DNA of 64,000 nucleotides from an uncultured Acidobacteriota bacterium (GCA_963796275.1 CAWCKY010000003.1:32001-96000); one strand, 5' to 3'. Shown: positions 50,092 through 62,286, numbered from the stretch's first letter. A program made the numbers and translations. Notes: generated from the sequence alone by a model not told the origin.

Positions 50092-53000
50092 TCAGAAAAC
50101 TATCCGAGCCTCGAACTGCATATTGCGCGGGCCGAATCGTGCGCCCGTAATCCTCCCGAATTGCGCGTTGGTGACATCGGTCACCGGATTTCCACGGCCA
50201 GCGCGGTTGAACGCATTGAACATATCGATGCGGAATTCAAGCCGCGTTTCCTCGCTGAAAGAGAAGCTCTTCTTCACGCCGAAGTCTTCCGAATAAACGC
50301 CCGGGCCGAATATTCCCGGCATGCGGGGAGGCGCCGTGCCAAGCCGGAACGGCACGTTATCGTCCGTCACGGTAACCTTCTGGAATGCCCTGGGATCAGG
50401 TATAGCTGGCCGCTTCCGTCGGTCTTGACGTCGGCGTCGCCATTGACGATCACCGGAACACCTGAAATCCAGTCGGGCCGAATAGTCCCGTTGAAGAGTG
50501 CCGTACGTGGTCCGCTGGCGCTGATCGAAAGTATATCTCCTGATCGGTAGTTATGGATGCCGGTCAGCGTCCATCCTCCGATGACGTGCCCCAGCACTCT
50601 GCCCGGATTCCACTTGCGGCCTTTGCCGATCGGCAGATCAAGAACCCACGTCAGTTTAAAAATGTGCGGCATGCTGAAGCTGGTAATCGTTCGCTCGAGA
50701 TGCCGCTGGTTGACATCCTGTGAGGCGGCCGAATCGATCGCGCTGTCTGAACCCAAGAAGATCGCTTTCGACCAGGTGTAAGCGCCCATGATGGCCAGAC
50801 CGCGAGTCAGGTGACGCGTCATCTGGACCTGCAGCGAGTTATAGTTTGATGTTCCGAAATTGGCGAAGATCCGGCCGATGTTGCCGTACTGCGGATATGG
50901 CCGCAATGCCTGAGCTACTGTGCCCGTGAACCCCGGGTAGGGAAGTGGAACGAGCCCCGGATTGTCCGAAAGATTCTCGATCAGATCATCTCCGTATTTG
51001 AGGGCGTTTAAGGGCAACTGATTTAAATTATCCAGGCCGCCAATATCCAGACGAGTCCCCTTGTTGCCAATATAACTGACCTCCATGACTACCTCAGCCG
51101 GTAGCTGATACTGGAAGCCGAGATTGTAATTCTGCGTGTAGCCGACGCGGTTGGAATCGGGCGCTATGTACCCGATGCCCTGATTATTCGCCAGAGCCGG
51201 ATTCCTGTTGGGCAATGTGTCATTGAAAGGCGGGAAGGGACTCTGCAGATACATCACCGGTTCCTGTGGAAATCGCAGCGTGGCCGCGTTCGTAATCGAA
51301 TTGACCGCGATATTGCCGTTATAACCGAATGTCCCGGGTGTGCTGAAATTCGCGACAAACGGCGAGTTATTGATTCCATAGCCGCCTCGCACTACCAGCT
51401 TTTTATCGACCGCGTATGCAAATCCCACGCGCGGACTGATCATGTAATAGTAGGTGTCATGAAAACCTTTGCGCCCCAGCTCATCGGCAAAGACAAGAGC
51501 ACCCGGTCGATTGCCTGCGCCCGGGTTGGGCATGGTCAGGTCAATCCCGCTCTCGCGTCCCGCGACTTCGTTGAAGCCGCCGATGATCTCCCAACGCAGG
51601 CCGAGGTTCAGCGTCAGCTTCTGTGTTACCTTCCAGTCATCCATGAAATAGAATCCGGGCTGCGTAACGCGATAGCCAAAATTGGCGGCCGCTATCCCAC
51701 GACTGGCATCGTTGACCGCGCCCAGCAGGAAGCTCGCGAAAGAATGGCCCGTGCTGTCCGCAAATCCCGGTAATCCGGTCTGAATCGGGTTGAAATTGAA
51801 ATTTCCGGACCCCGACCTATTACGGATATTGTAGTAATACTTCCGCAGTTCAAATCCTGTCTTGAAATTGTGAGCGCCGCGGACGATTGTCAGGTCATCC
51901 ATGAAGATCGTGCTGCCATTGTAACTGCCGCCCGCATTGCCAGAGCCGAGCCTTCCGCCAGCTCCAATACCGCCGCCCTGATAGACTGGGCCACCGAAAA
52001 CCAGCGTCGGAAAGTGAGTCTGGTCGACGTTCTGCAGGCCGATCATCGAAGGCCAGTCCTGATCTACGAAGACGCTCTGGTTCAGATTACCGAAACGGTT
52101 GTAACCGATAGCCGCGTGGTTGATCACATTCGGACTGATCGTCCAGTCATAAGCGGCGCGGACCATGCGGCCCGGCGTGTATTGCAACTGATAAACACCG
52201 GTCGGCGTGTTCGGCGGTTCGCCCCAGCGCCCATTGGGCGAATTGTTGCGCAGCCGGTAGGTGTGATTGTAGTACGCCGAAATGCGGTGTTTCTCCGTAA
52301 ACTGATGTTCGACTTTAGCGGCATAGAGGCGCTGATCGAATACAGGGCAACACGTTGCGATCGACGGATAGTTGAGCTGCATCCGGCTGTTGATCGGATC
52401 GGTTATTGGTGCCAGATTGAGAATGTTGCGGCTCACCGCGCTCCATTCCGATTGCGGGATGATGTTACCCGGGAATGTATCGCGCACCCATTGACCGTTA
52501 GCCAATCGGGTGGCATTCCGCGGATCGTAGAGCTGACCGAATCTAACTTGCTGGCCCGATGGGTCAAGAGCCAGAGGCTGGTTTGGATTGCAGAAATTGT
52601 TATCTACATCTGCGACTCTCACCAGTTGGCCAGAGCATGGGTTCCCGGTGAAAGCCGGATCAAACAATTTGGAGAAATCACCGCGTTTGAAATCCGCGGT
52701 CGGCAGCGTAGTCAACCCGGTCGAGACGAAGTCGCGCACCCGCGTGATCTCCATATTCGTGAAGAAAAACGTTTTATTGCGCCCGTCGTACCCCAGCGGA
52801 CCGAAGACCTTCTTCGGCAGCCATACCGGGCCGCCGAGGCCGAAACCGTAATTTAAAAGCTTATATGGTGCTCGGGGTCTGATCTCATTGCCGGCGGAAT
52901 CTCTGCCGAAGGATTTATTGGTGAAGCTGTTGGCGCGCAGGATTTCATTCTGGATATAGGTAAACCCCGTCCCGTGCAGTTGATTGGTTCCCGACCTGAT

Positions 53001-53726
53001 AGCGAAATTGGCTACGCTCGTCTGTCCGCCGCCATATTGCGCTCCCATCGTTCCGGTCTGCAGTTTGAACTCGCTCACCGCGTCGGCGCTCGGACTGAAC
53101 TCATTGTTGCTGCCGCCTTGCAGATCGAACCTTCCCAGCGGTATGCCTTCGATCAATATCTCGTGCGAGTAATACTGCCCTCCATTTATAGATCCCTGAA
53201 ATGTATTGCCCACCGAGCCGGGCAGACTTGAAAAGATGAATGTCTGAATCTGCCGGTGCCCGTCTCCGACCGCCACCGGCCATGTATCGAACTCCTGTTT
53301 ACTCACGTAGCGCCCGATCTCAGCCGTGCTCGATTCAAGCAGAGGAGTCGAGGCTGACACCGTCACCGTATCTGAGACCTGCCCTGCTTGTAGTTTGATA
53401 TCCACGGTCAGGGTCTGCGCGACTCGCAGCGTGATGTCATCCGCGACCGCAGTCTGGAACCCTGAGGCCCTGACCGAGATCTTGTAAGTCCCCATCGGCA
53501 GATAGGGCATGCGGTAAACGCCCGCGTCGGTTGTCATCGCCCTGGTCTCGATGTTCGTCTCTTTATTCAATGCCACGACCTCGGCGTTAGGTACTACCGC
53601 GCCCGTCGGATCAGTTACGATTCCGTTGAATGTACCTCGTTCGCCCTGAGCGAATGCTGATGAAGTTAGGATCGAAAGGAGAATGATGGATAGAGGTGCG
53701 AACCAGTATCTCAGATGTTCTCTCAT
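50092..53726 (-). CDS. TonB-dependent receptor (Oar-like, carboxypeptidase-regulatory N-domain); frameshift near 50385
   Basis: GIVTDPTGAVVPNA, LTLNLGLRWE, SPRVGFAY; C-terminus in ORF 50092-50370 ends RNMQFEARIVF. Confidence 0.92.
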
Positions 53727-53742
53727 TGGGCCTCCTCTGAAA

Positions 53743-53806
53743 ATAGTTTTTAGTTTTTAGTTGGGCCGTCTCGATCGGCGACTAAAAACTAGAAACTAAA
53801 AACTAT
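53743..53806. repeat. Intergenic palindrome built from (TAGTTTT)n / (AAAACTA)n heptamers
   Basis: ATAGTTTTTAGTTTTTAGT...ACTAAAAACTAGAAACTAAAAACTAT. Confidence 0.75.
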
Positions 53807-53908
53807 CTTCTTTTCAGTGTGTTGTTTGTGCTGACATAGACGACTCTCCTCTCCGCAGGTCGGACAACCTGCGATACAGGGATTGCCACAGTGTTCTTCT
53901 TTGCGTCT

Positions 53909-54793
53909 TTAGCGGCGCAACCCGTAAGGTGAAGGTATGGGATGTTTTTTCAGTTCATCGAATTGGGCGAAGGTCTCTTTCGCGAGCTTCTCTTCGCCCG
54001 TCTTTTGATAAAAGCGGGCGAGCAGGTAATACGCCTCGCTGTAACCCGGATCGAGACCGATCGCCACGAGCAACGCCTCTTTTACTTCGAAGCTCGGCGC
54101 TTTCTGATATAACGCTTTCGCATAGTGATACCAGGCATGCGGTGATTGCGGATCATTTCGCCTCGCGCGATAGAGCCATCCGACGCCTCGCTCATAATCG
54201 CCTTCGTTGATCAACCATTCACCCAGATCGGTGAATGGCCAGGCGTATCTCACCTTCGAGCGTTCAATGATGCGGATCGCAGCCTGGAACTCGCGTTTCA
54301 CTCCCTCGCCGTCATTCTCACCTTTATGCACCAACCCAGCGTAGTAACGCGCCTTATAGTGCTCCGGCTGAATCCTGATCGACTCGCGGAAAGCCTCCAT
54401 CGCCTCGCGGTATCTCTTCTCTTCGAAGAAGCGCCGCCCCAGGTGATAACGCGCGTCGGCATCCATCGGGTTCAACCTGATCGCCTCGCGTAAATGGGTC
54501 TCGAACCTGTCGAACTTCCCGAGCAGGTATTCGACCATTGCGAGACGCTTGTATGTCTCCGCGGCCTGTATCTGCCCCCCATCAAGCGAGAGCGCCTTCT
54601 CCAACGAAGCAGCAGCGCCTGCCAAATCTCCCCGCTCCAAGCTTGTCTGCGCCTTCTCCAGCAATCGACTGACTGAACTGTTTCGTGTATCGTTATCGAT
54701 TTTTGGCGACACATATGGCTGTTCCTGTGCGCCAGCCCATGTTGGCAAAAAGACAAAAGATAAAATTCCCAATATCCTGGTTATCGTCCACAC
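53909..54793 (-). CDS. Tetratricopeptide repeat protein, secreted
   Basis: Signal peptide, repeated A..LNP..A.A.Y.LG motifs. Confidence 0.85.
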   Translation of the reverse strand: MWTITRILGILSFVFLPTWAGAQEQPYVSPKIDNDTRNSSVSRLLEKAQTSLERGDLAGAAASLEKALSLDGGQIQAAETYKRLAMVEYLLGKFDRFETHLREAIRLNPMDADARYHLGRRFFEEKRYREAMEAFRESIRIQPEHYKARYYAGLVHKGENDGEGVKREFQAAIRIIERSKVRYAWPFTDLGEWLINEGDYERGVGWLYRARRNDPQSPHAWYHYAKALYQKAPSFEVKEALLVAIGLDPGYSEAYYLLARFYQKTGEEKLAKETFAQFDELKKHPIPSPYGLRR

Positions 54794-54987
54794 GACGTCC
54801 TGGCCTCGGGATACAACTACGCATCCCCTTCATTCCATTTTATCTATGCTATCTTAGCTAAGCTATTTCTATTAGATTTTTAGTTGATGATTTGGTTAGT
54901 TTATTTATAACGCCGGCTTTATAGCACACTCCTTACCCGCTGGCTATAGCTATGCTACATTTTTGAGTTGATCCATCGCTTTTATTT

Positions 54988-55740
54988 ATGAAATCGAAGG
55001 CGAAAAAAGAACGGCTCGATAACCTGTTGGTCATCCGTGGGCTGGCGGAGTCGCGCACAAAAGCACAATCGCTCATCCTGGCGGGTCAGGTTTTCTCACG
55101 GGAGCAGAGACTAGATAAGGCAGGCAAGCTCGTCCCTCCCGAAATTGAATTGACGATCAAAGAACCCCTCCCATATGTCAGTCGCGGCGGTCTAAAACTC
55201 GCCGCCGCGCTCGATCATTTCAACCTCGAAGTAACTGGATCGATCTGTCTCGATATAGGAGCCTCGACCGGCGGTTTCACCGACTGCCTGCTTCAGCGGG
55301 GTGCCGCACGTGTCCTTGCGCTCGACGTCGGCTATGGGCAGTTGGCGTGGAAGCTGCGCGAAGACCCGCGGGTCGAAGTCCGCGAAAATATCAATGCCCG
55401 CTATCTCAGTCCCGATGATTTCGATCTGCGTTTCGATCTTGTCGTCGTCGATGTCTCGTTCATCTCCCTGACCAAAATCCTTCCCGTCATCCCGCCCCTG
55501 GCCCGGCCGGAAGCCAGGATAATCACCCTCATTAAGCCGCAATTCGAGGTCGGCCGCGATGAAGTAGGCAAAGGCGGCATCGTACGCGAAGAGGCTCATC
55601 AAGAGAGAGTCGTTCTGGAGATCGCTAATTTCGGTCAGAGATTGGGGTTAGAGCTTATGGGGATTATCCAATCGCCCATCCTCGGGGCAGAGGGGAATCG
55701 TGAATTTTTATCGTGCTTCGTTATTAATGCACAGCATTAA
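54988..55740 (+). CDS. tlyA: TlyA-family rRNA methyltransferase
   Basis: S4 domain RLD..LV..GLAESR, YVSRGGLKL, DIGASTGGFTD, DVSFISL, LIKPQFE, GNREF. Confidence 0.95.
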   Translation: MKSKAKKERLDNLLVIRGLAESRTKAQSLILAGQVFSREQRLDKAGKLVPPEIELTIKEPLPYVSRGGLKLAAALDHFNLEVTGSICLDIGASTGGFTDCLLQRGAARVLALDVGYGQLAWKLREDPRVEVRENINARYLSPDDFDLRFDLVVVDVSFISLTKILPVIPPLARPEARIITLIKPQFEVGRDEVGKGGIVREEAHQERVVLEIANFGQRLGLELMGIIQSPILGAEGNREFLSCFVINAQH

Positions 55741-55886
55741 TCCACAGCATTAATTCTGACATCAGATTGGTCTCATTTTTGTTATTTTATTGCAATTCAT
55801 ATTGTCAAATGACTAAAATGGGTAACGAGCGCCAATAGATATAATCAGGCAAACTGATCTAAAAAACGGGGACTTAAGGAGGCACT

Positions 55887-56732
55887 ATGGGAAGGACACA
55901 TCTCGCTACCCTCATTATCTGTCTGTGCGGCCTTGCAATGACGGTACAGGCACAAAAAGCTTACAGGATATCCGATGATACGGTCGGAGACCGGATTCAC
56001 CGGCTCGCAGATTCCGCAAGGGATTACAACAATGCTTTGAATAAAGGTCTGAAAAAATCGATATACGCAAGCGCGAGAGATGAAAAGATCCTCCGCCAGG
56101 CCGGCGAATTTGAAGTATCAACGTTTCGTCTCAAGGAGCGGTTTGATAAAGACCGGTATGATAGCGAGCGATCCCTATCGGATGATGTTCGCCTCGTGTT
56201 GCGCCGCGCGACAAATGTGAACAGCTATATGGTCAGAAATTTCGGACGCACGGGCGCAGATGAAAGGTGGGCGGTGGTCAAAACGAACCTCGAACTCCTC
56301 GCTCGGAGTTACAATGTGGGATGGGTAGGCTATGGCATCTCAAATCGCCCCTATCGCATGGATGATCAAGATGCCAGAGAATTGCTCGAACGAATCAAGG
56401 CCGATGCCGAGCTCTTCCGTAAAGGGATGGAGTCATATCTCAAAGTCGATCGTTCAATCGACCGATACACGAGAGATGACATTAACGGTGAAGTTAAGTA
56501 TTTTATCAGCACAGCGTCGCGCTTGAGGGGGCGGGTTGATGATAAGGACGCTGGTGCCGCGGAATTTAACGAGCTGATGAACAGTATGGTAAAAATAAAT
56601 AGTTTCCTAAACAGCAAGGGATACCGTTTACCACGCCAGATTAAGGATGATTGGAGGGGTATCACTAACAATCTACGGAAGCTAGCCTCTGGCTATAAGG
56701 TCACCACCCGGTCATATAATTATAATTACTAA
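55887..56732 (+). CDS. Secreted protein with two internal helical repeats
   Basis: Signal peptide; YRISDD...W...NL..LA.SYNV repeated as YRMDD...W...NL..LA.GYKV. Confidence 0.75.
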   Translation: MGRTHLATLIICLCGLAMTVQAQKAYRISDDTVGDRIHRLADSARDYNNALNKGLKKSIYASARDEKILRQAGEFEVSTFRLKERFDKDRYDSERSLSDDVRLVLRRATNVNSYMVRNFGRTGADERWAVVKTNLELLARSYNVGWVGYGISNRPYRMDDQDARELLERIKADAELFRKGMESYLKVDRSIDRYTRDDINGEVKYFISTASRLRGRVDDKDAGAAEFNELMNSMVKINSFLNSKGYRLPRQIKDDWRGITNNLRKLASGYKVTTRSYNYNY

Positions 56733-56749
56733 TTACTAGAGGCCTTTTA

Positions 56750-58414
56750 TTGCAGATGGCAAAACACAATTTTAACGTAACGCCTCGCTTTAAAAAGCCT
56801 ACGGAAAACGGAAAAGGCAAAAAGTTGCAGAGAAGACAAATCTTATTTGTCTTCTTTGCTATTTTTTGCCTTTTTTGTTTCCCCTTGACCGCCCAAATGA
56901 AGAACCGGGCGACAGCCGCTCAACAGCGAGCGTCACGGGGCACAACTCCTAAACCCCGTCTTGTCATCGGGATCGTAATCGATCAATTCCGCTATGAGTA
57001 TCTGACACGATTTGAGAAATCATTCGGCGAAGGAGGATTCAAGCGCCTGCTCAGACGAGGAGCGGTCTTCGCCAATGCAAACTATATCCACACACCGACT
57101 TATACAGCTTGCGGCCATGCGACATTCATGAGCGGGACCACTCCTGCCCACAACGGTATCGTCGGAAACGAATGGTTCGATCGGGAAACGGGAAATCGCG
57201 TGACGAGTGTTTCCGATAATTCGGTCAAGCTGCTCGGCGGAACCAACGATCAGAGCGGGATGTCACCACACAGGCTGATCGGTTCGACCATCGGCGACGA
57301 GCTGAAATTAGCAACACGCGGCCAGTCGAAAGTGATCGGCATTTCATTGAAAGACCGCTCCGCCATACTTCCCGCGGGTAAGCGGCCGAACGGTGCATAC
57401 TGGTTCGACGCAAAATCCGGTAGTCTTGTCTCGAGCACCTATTATTTCGCCGATCTGCCCGAATGGGTCAAGAAGTTCAACCGCGAACAGAAACCCGACC
57501 GCTACCTGAACGAGGGTAACGGGGGCAATGGTGGCAACGGAGGCTCGGAAGGATCATCCCGTTCTTTCGAAGCCACGCCATTCGCGAACGACTACCTTAT
57601 CGATTTCGCAAAAGCAGCGATCGAAAACGAAAAGCTGGGCACTGATGAGAGCACAGACCTGCTGACGATCAGCTTTTCGGCAAACGATCTGATCGGGCAT
57701 ACCTACGGCCCGTACAGCAAGGAAGTCGAGGAGGTGACGCTTCATACTGACAAATTGCTGGCACAATTTTTCAATTACCTAGATCACAAGATCGGGTTCG
57801 AGCGTCTGGTGATCGCATTAACGGCGGACCATGGCGTTGCGCCGGTTCCCGAGCAGATGCAGGAGTTGGGCTTGGGAGGGCGGTTGAATGCCAGGGCCGT
57901 GGCAGAGAGCATTGAATCGGCGCTCGATCGTCAATTCGAGGACGAGAAATGGATCATCTCATACGTCAATAGCAATGTGTATTTTGATGCCTCGATCATT
58001 GAAAGGCGCAAGGTATCGACTGAGGAATTAGAGCGAGCTGCCTGTCTGGCAGCGCTCAAAAACCCGGGAATCGCCGCATGTTTCACTAGCTCGCAACTCA
58101 TCTCGGGGGCGTTGCCTTCTACGATTATCGCTCGCAGTGTGGCGAACGGGTTTTATGCCAGGCGGAATGGCAACATCGTGGTCGTGCCTCAACCTTTCCA
58201 TTTCTTCAGCGAAGGATCGGGCACGACGCACGGGACGCCTTACAGTTATGACACGCACGTTCCGGTGATCTTCTATGGCGCTGGGATTCATGCGGGAATT
58301 TACTACGGCGTCAGCAGTCCCGCCGATATCGCGCCAACGTTGGCCGCGCTGCTCAAAATCGAAATCCCGAGTAATAGCAGCGGGAGAATACTGAGTGAGG
58401 CGATAAGGGAATAA
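56750..58414 (+). CDS. Alkaline phosphatase family protein (PafA-like); start uncertain
   Basis: IVIDQFR, PTYTACGHAT (Thr nucleophile), SLKDRSA, DLIGH, TADHG, THGTPYSYDTHVP. Confidence 0.92.
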   Translation: MQMAKHNFNVTPRFKKPTENGKGKKLQRRQILFVFFAIFCLFCFPLTAQMKNRATAAQQRASRGTTPKPRLVIGIVIDQFRYEYLTRFEKSFGEGGFKRLLRRGAVFANANYIHTPTYTACGHATFMSGTTPAHNGIVGNEWFDRETGNRVTSVSDNSVKLLGGTNDQSGMSPHRLIGSTIGDELKLATRGQSKVIGISLKDRSAILPAGKRPNGAYWFDAKSGSLVSSTYYFADLPEWVKKFNREQKPDRYLNEGNGGNGGNGGSEGSSRSFEATPFANDYLIDFAKAAIENEKLGTDESTDLLTISFSANDLIGHTYGPYSKEVEEVTLHTDKLLAQFFNYLDHKIGFERLVIALTADHGVAPVPEQMQELGLGGRLNARAVAESIESALDRQFEDEKWIISYVNSNVYFDASIIERRKVSTEELERAACLAALKNPGIAACFTSSQLISGALPSTIIARSVANGFYARRNGNIVVVPQPFHFFSEGSGTTHGTPYSYDTHVPVIFYGAGIHAGIYYGVSSPADIAPTLAALLKIEIPSNSSGRILSEAIRE

Positions 58415-58421
58415 AGAGAGC

Positions 58422-58528
58422 TCATTTTACATTGTTCATAATAGATTTTACATTTGTCATTTATTCACACCAATTGAATCATGCAACCAATGACAAATGT
58501 AAAATCTAATATGAACAATGTAAAATGA
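58422..58528. repeat. Long AT-rich inverted repeat (REP-like/bidirectional terminator) between convergent genes
   Basis: TCATTTTACATTGTTCATA-ATAGATTTTACATTTGTCATT ... AATGACAAATGTAAAATCTA-ATATGAACAATGTAAAATGA. Confidence 0.85.
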
Positions 58529-58546
58529 TTTTGCCTTTTGGTTTCT

Positions 58547-59950
58547 TCACTCTTCCCCAATCTCTTCCTCTTCCTCCTCATCGCCTCCTCTACCTCGATT
58601 TGGCCGTTTGATGCCGAACTTATCCAATCGATATTGCATTGTCCTGAATGAGAGGCCCAATAGTTTGGCGGCGCGCGTGATGTTCCAGCCGGTCTGCTCC
58701 ATCGCCTGAATGATCATCGATTTTTCAAGTTCTTCAAAAGAGATACCTTCGGGTGGAAGCTTGAATCCGCCGGTGCTTTCGGATTGTGTAGCGGATCGGA
58801 TCTCGACGGGCAAATCTTCGGCTGTAACCTCATCTCCTTCAGCAAGCAGCAAAGCGCGTTCAATGGCCGATTCGAGCTGGCGCACATTGCCCGGCCAGGT
58901 ATATTCCATAATCAGCCTCTTTGCTTCCGGAGATAGGTTTATCGAGCGAGCTAGATTCGCGCTGTGTTTGCGCAGGAAGTGATCGGTCAGTATCTGAAGG
59001 TCGTCGCGGCGTTGTCGCAGCGGAGGAATATTTATGGGAATGACATTCAGACGGTAATACAGGTCCTCACGAAAACGCCCGTCTTTGACCATAGCCTCCA
59101 GGTCGCGGTTGGTTGCAGCAAGCACCCTGACATCGACTTTGATGGGCCTGGTCCCGCCGACGCGCATGACCTCCTTCTCCTGCAAGGCCCGCAGCAGTTT
59201 GGCCTGCATGCTTACATTGATCTCGCCGATCTCATCGAGGAAGAGCGTTCCCTTATCTGCAATTTCGAAGAGTCCTTTCTTTTCACCGACCGCGCCCGTG
59301 AACGAGCCCTTTTCGTGGCCGAAGAGCTCCGATTCAAGCAGGTTTTCGTTAATGGCGGCGCAATTGACCGCCTGGAACCGTTCGTTGACGCGCGGGCTCG
59401 CTTTGTGCATCGCGCGGGCGATCCGCTCTTTACCGGTTCCGGACTCCCCGCGGATGAGGACAGTGGAATTCGAGACGGCGACTTTGACGATCATCTTCTT
59501 AACGCGCTCCATCGCATCCGATACGCCCACGATCTCTTCTTCCACTGCCCTCATTTGTGAGACCGCTTTAGACAGCACCGCGAGTAGTTTCGCCCGGTCG
59601 AGCGGCTTCTCCAGGTAATCGAAGGCACCGCCGCGCAGCGCTTCTTTGACTGAGTTTATGGAGCCGTGCGCAGTCATGAGGATTACCGGCGTCGAGCTGT
59701 CGAGCTGCGAAAGCTCGTTGAGAAGCTGGATGCCGTCCATGCCTGACATCTTCAAATCGGTCAAAACCAGATCGAAACTTTCATGTTTGAAAAAGCGCAA
59801 TGCTTCCTGACCTGAACTGGCGGTCTTCACCTCATAGAGTTGAGAGCCCGCTTCATCGCGCTCGCCTGAAAGGATCAATTGCAAAATGTCGCGCTGGTTT
59901 TTTTCGTCATCTACAACAAGGATTTTCCTGGGAGACATGTTTTTCTCCAT
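58547..59950 (-). CDS. Sigma54-dependent response regulator (NtrC/AtoC family)
   Basis: Receiver domain, [31 protein letters not shown], Fis HTH. Confidence 0.96.
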   Translation of the reverse strand: MEKNMSPRKILVVDDEKNQRDILQLILSGERDEAGSQLYEVKTASSGQEALRFFKHESFDLVLTDLKMSGMDGIQLLNELSQLDSSTPVILMTAHGSINSVKEALRGGAFDYLEKPLDRAKLLAVLSKAVSQMRAVEEEIVGVSDAMERVKKMIVKVAVSNSTVLIRGESGTGKERIARAMHKASPRVNERFQAVNCAAINENLLESELFGHEKGSFTGAVGEKKGLFEIADKGTLFLDEIGEINVSMQAKLLRALQEKEVMRVGGTRPIKVDVRVLAATNRDLEAMVKDGRFREDLYYRLNVIPINIPPLRQRRDDLQILTDHFLRKHSANLARSINLSPEAKRLIMEYTWPGNVRQLESAIERALLLAEGDEVTAEDLPVEIRSATQSESTGGFKLPPEGISFEELEKSMIIQAMEQTGWNITRAAKLLGLSFRTMQYRLDKFGIKRPNRGRGGDEEEEEEIGEE

Positions 59951-60007
59951 TGTTGATTACGGATTGTGAATGAAGATCCGCCACAAACTGGATCTTGATC
60001 CCCAACC

Positions 60008-61510
60008 TTATTGGGATTCACGTGGCAAACGGGGCAATACGACCGTGAAGGTTGCCCCACTTTCGGGTTCGCTCTTGACCGAAATCTGTCCGCCGTGTTC
60101 TTCGATGATTTTTTTGGTCAACGGCAATCCGAGGCCGATCCCGGTCTCTTTGGTCGAATAGTAAGGTTCGAATATCTGCTCCAGAGCATCTGAATCAATT
60201 CCGGGACCGTTATCTGCGAACTCCACCTCGACCAGAGACGAATTGGGACTCAGCGTGACGTTCAGCGATCCGCCGTCGGGCATAGCCTGAACTGCATTGA
60301 TCATCAGGTTGGAAAAACAGGTTTTCAGCAGTTCCGCATCTGCCTGCAAGATGGTATTTCCGTTGCCATTTTGTTGAATGTTGATGGTGACGCTCTGTTG
60401 TTCCGAATGGGCAGCCACCAGCATGCGTACTTCCTCAATCAAAGTGCGCGCGTCCACCTCGCGCAGCTTGAGCTTGGCCGGACGCCCATAACTTAAAAAG
60501 TCGGTGACCAGCCGATTGAGCCGCGCCAGCTCGTCTTTTATGGTCGTCAGGATGCGCGTGTATTCGGCGCGCGGGTCATCAGTCTGCGGCGCGAACTTCT
60601 CCTTCAGGTAGTCGATTGAAAGATTGATGAAGTTGAGTGGATTGCGTATCTCGTGCGCGATGCCCGAGGCCAGGCGCCCCACTACAGCCGAACGTTCGGC
60701 GCGCTGCAGCTGCTCTTCCAGATCGCGGTTCCGGCGCAACCCGACAATCATATCGTTGAATGTGCCTGAGAGCCTGCTTATCTCTTCCGGACCGCCCACG
60801 GGCACTTCGAATCCGAGATCGCCCGCCGTGACGCGCTGCGCGGCCTGACTGAGTTCGGTAACCGGTCGAGTAAAACGCCTGCTGAAAGCAAAGAGTAGCG
60901 CGACCATCAATAATCCCAGCAAACCGATGACGATCAACCGGTCGCGTGCAGTAGTCGCGATGACTCGATCGATACGTTTCATCGACACAACGATGATCAC
61001 GGTGCGCTTGGTCCTCTCGGTCTCGAAGGCAACCTCGATCTTTTTAGCTCGATCGCCATTCTGGTCAATATCGTCATCCCCCAACTCATCGAGCACCATG
61101 AGCGGAAGGCCGGTGATATCGTCATCGACCGGGTTCTTGATATCGTTTTGATCGGTGCTGTTATCCATCACACCCGTCAGGGAATCGATTACGACAATCT
61201 TTCGAATAATACTGTCAGCGTTGACCTGCAGAGTGCCACCCCTATTCGGATCAATCATCTCATAGAGGAACTCATCTCCCGCAAGAGAGCGAAGCGCCAG
61301 CTCGACAGCCTGACCGGTCGCTTGCACATAATCCTTCATCTGCTGCGTTATCAGATTCTCCGATCGCGAGTTGAATACGTAAAGGGTGAAGGTCGTCAGG
61401 ATCAGCATTCCTGCGATGAATGCCATGAGCTGAGAGCGGAAGCTTGAAAAAGTTTTGGCTATTTCATTGAATATCATATTTGTCGGGGCAGATTTGGGAT
61501 TTCCGATCAC
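60008..61510 (-). CDS. HAMP-domain sensor histidine kinase
   Basis: Two TMs, HAMP, AHEIRNPL, N box, DNGPGI, GIGLGL. Confidence 0.95.
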   Translation of the reverse strand: MIGNPKSAPTNMIFNEIAKTFSSFRSQLMAFIAGMLILTTFTLYVFNSRSENLITQQMKDYVQATGQAVELALRSLAGDEFLYEMIDPNRGGTLQVNADSIIRKIVVIDSLTGVMDNSTDQNDIKNPVDDDITGLPLMVLDELGDDDIDQNGDRAKKIEVAFETERTKRTVIIVVSMKRIDRVIATTARDRLIVIGLLGLLMVALLFAFSRRFTRPVTELSQAAQRVTAGDLGFEVPVGGPEEISRLSGTFNDMIVGLRRNRDLEEQLQRAERSAVVGRLASGIAHEIRNPLNFINLSIDYLKEKFAPQTDDPRAEYTRILTTIKDELARLNRLVTDFLSYGRPAKLKLREVDARTLIEEVRMLVAAHSEQQSVTINIQQNGNGNTILQADAELLKTCFSNLMINAVQAMPDGGSLNVTLSPNSSLVEVEFADNGPGIDSDALEQIFEPYYSTKETGIGLGLPLTKKIIEEHGGQISVKSEPESGATFTVVLPRLPRESQ

Positions 61511-62286
61511 AGCTTGTTGAGCAACTGCCGCGCTTTTTCCTGAGTACTCCGCTCGGATTTCGCGCGAGAAGGATTGATCTGTCGTCCGATGATATCCTGC
61601 AGCTGGCGGTGCGCATCTTCCTTTCGTCCTGCGTCTTTATAAGCCTGAGCCAGCACAAATTTCATTTGCAGGTTGTCCGGCGCTATTTTCACTCCCTGTT
61701 CCAGCCTTTCGATCGCCCTCTGCAGATTCCCGCCGAAGAGGCGCGGCAACTGGCGATCCATCTCTCCCAACGCGTGATATGCACTGGCTTCATGATAGCG
61801 GTCGTTCAGTCGCAGTACGGTCTCCATTTCGGCGCGAATCTTCTTGACCATCCGCAAAGCCTTGAAGACGCCTTTCTGCTCGGCGTATCCTCCATAATTT
61901 ACAGCCAGCCAGAAGTGCGCTTCAACCGCATTCGGTTGCTGGGAAATGGCGCGCTCTCCCAATTGGATCCCGCGATCGAAATGACGGAGTTTATCGTTAT
62001 TGCCCGCCCCTTCGCCTACGAAGTAGCAGGCGCGCGCCACACGCCATAACCATTGGTAATTGCCGCCATTGCCGGCCAGAGCCTTCTCGGCAATTGCTAG
62101 CGATCGTTTGTCACGCTCGACGTCTTCGCCGAAAGTCATCAGGCTGTCAACTTCCTGAAATGGGTTGACATAGGTAGCCGCCTTCGAGGCCTCCGCCAGG
62201 GTGGTTTTCGACTGTGAGAAGACATGTGAAGGAGAAATCACAGGGGCTAATAATAAAAAAATTACCGGAATACAAGCCCTTTTCAT
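61507..62286 (-). CDS. Secreted TPR protein (TatT-like), operonic with the two-component system
   Basis: Signal peptide, LWRVARA, AHFWLA, LPRLFGG motifs. Confidence 0.75.
   Translation of the reverse strand: MKRACIPVIFLLLAPVISPSHVFSQSKTTLAEASKAATYVNPFQEVDSLMTFGEDVERDKRSLAIAEKALAGNGGNYQWLWRVARACYFVGEGAGNNDKLRHFDRGIQLGERAISQQPNAVEAHFWLAVNYGGYAEQKGVFKALRMVKKIRAEMETVLRLNDRYHEASAYHALGEMDRQLPRLFGGNLQRAIERLEQGVKIAPDNLQMKFVLAQAYKDAGRKEDAHRQLQDIIGRQINPSRAKSERSTQEKARQLLNKL

Noticed and set aside
58547-59950. Host NtrC-family regulator as the activator of the ICE sigma54-like promoters
   Set aside because: It lies outside the element in its own two-component operon; proximity alone is not evidence
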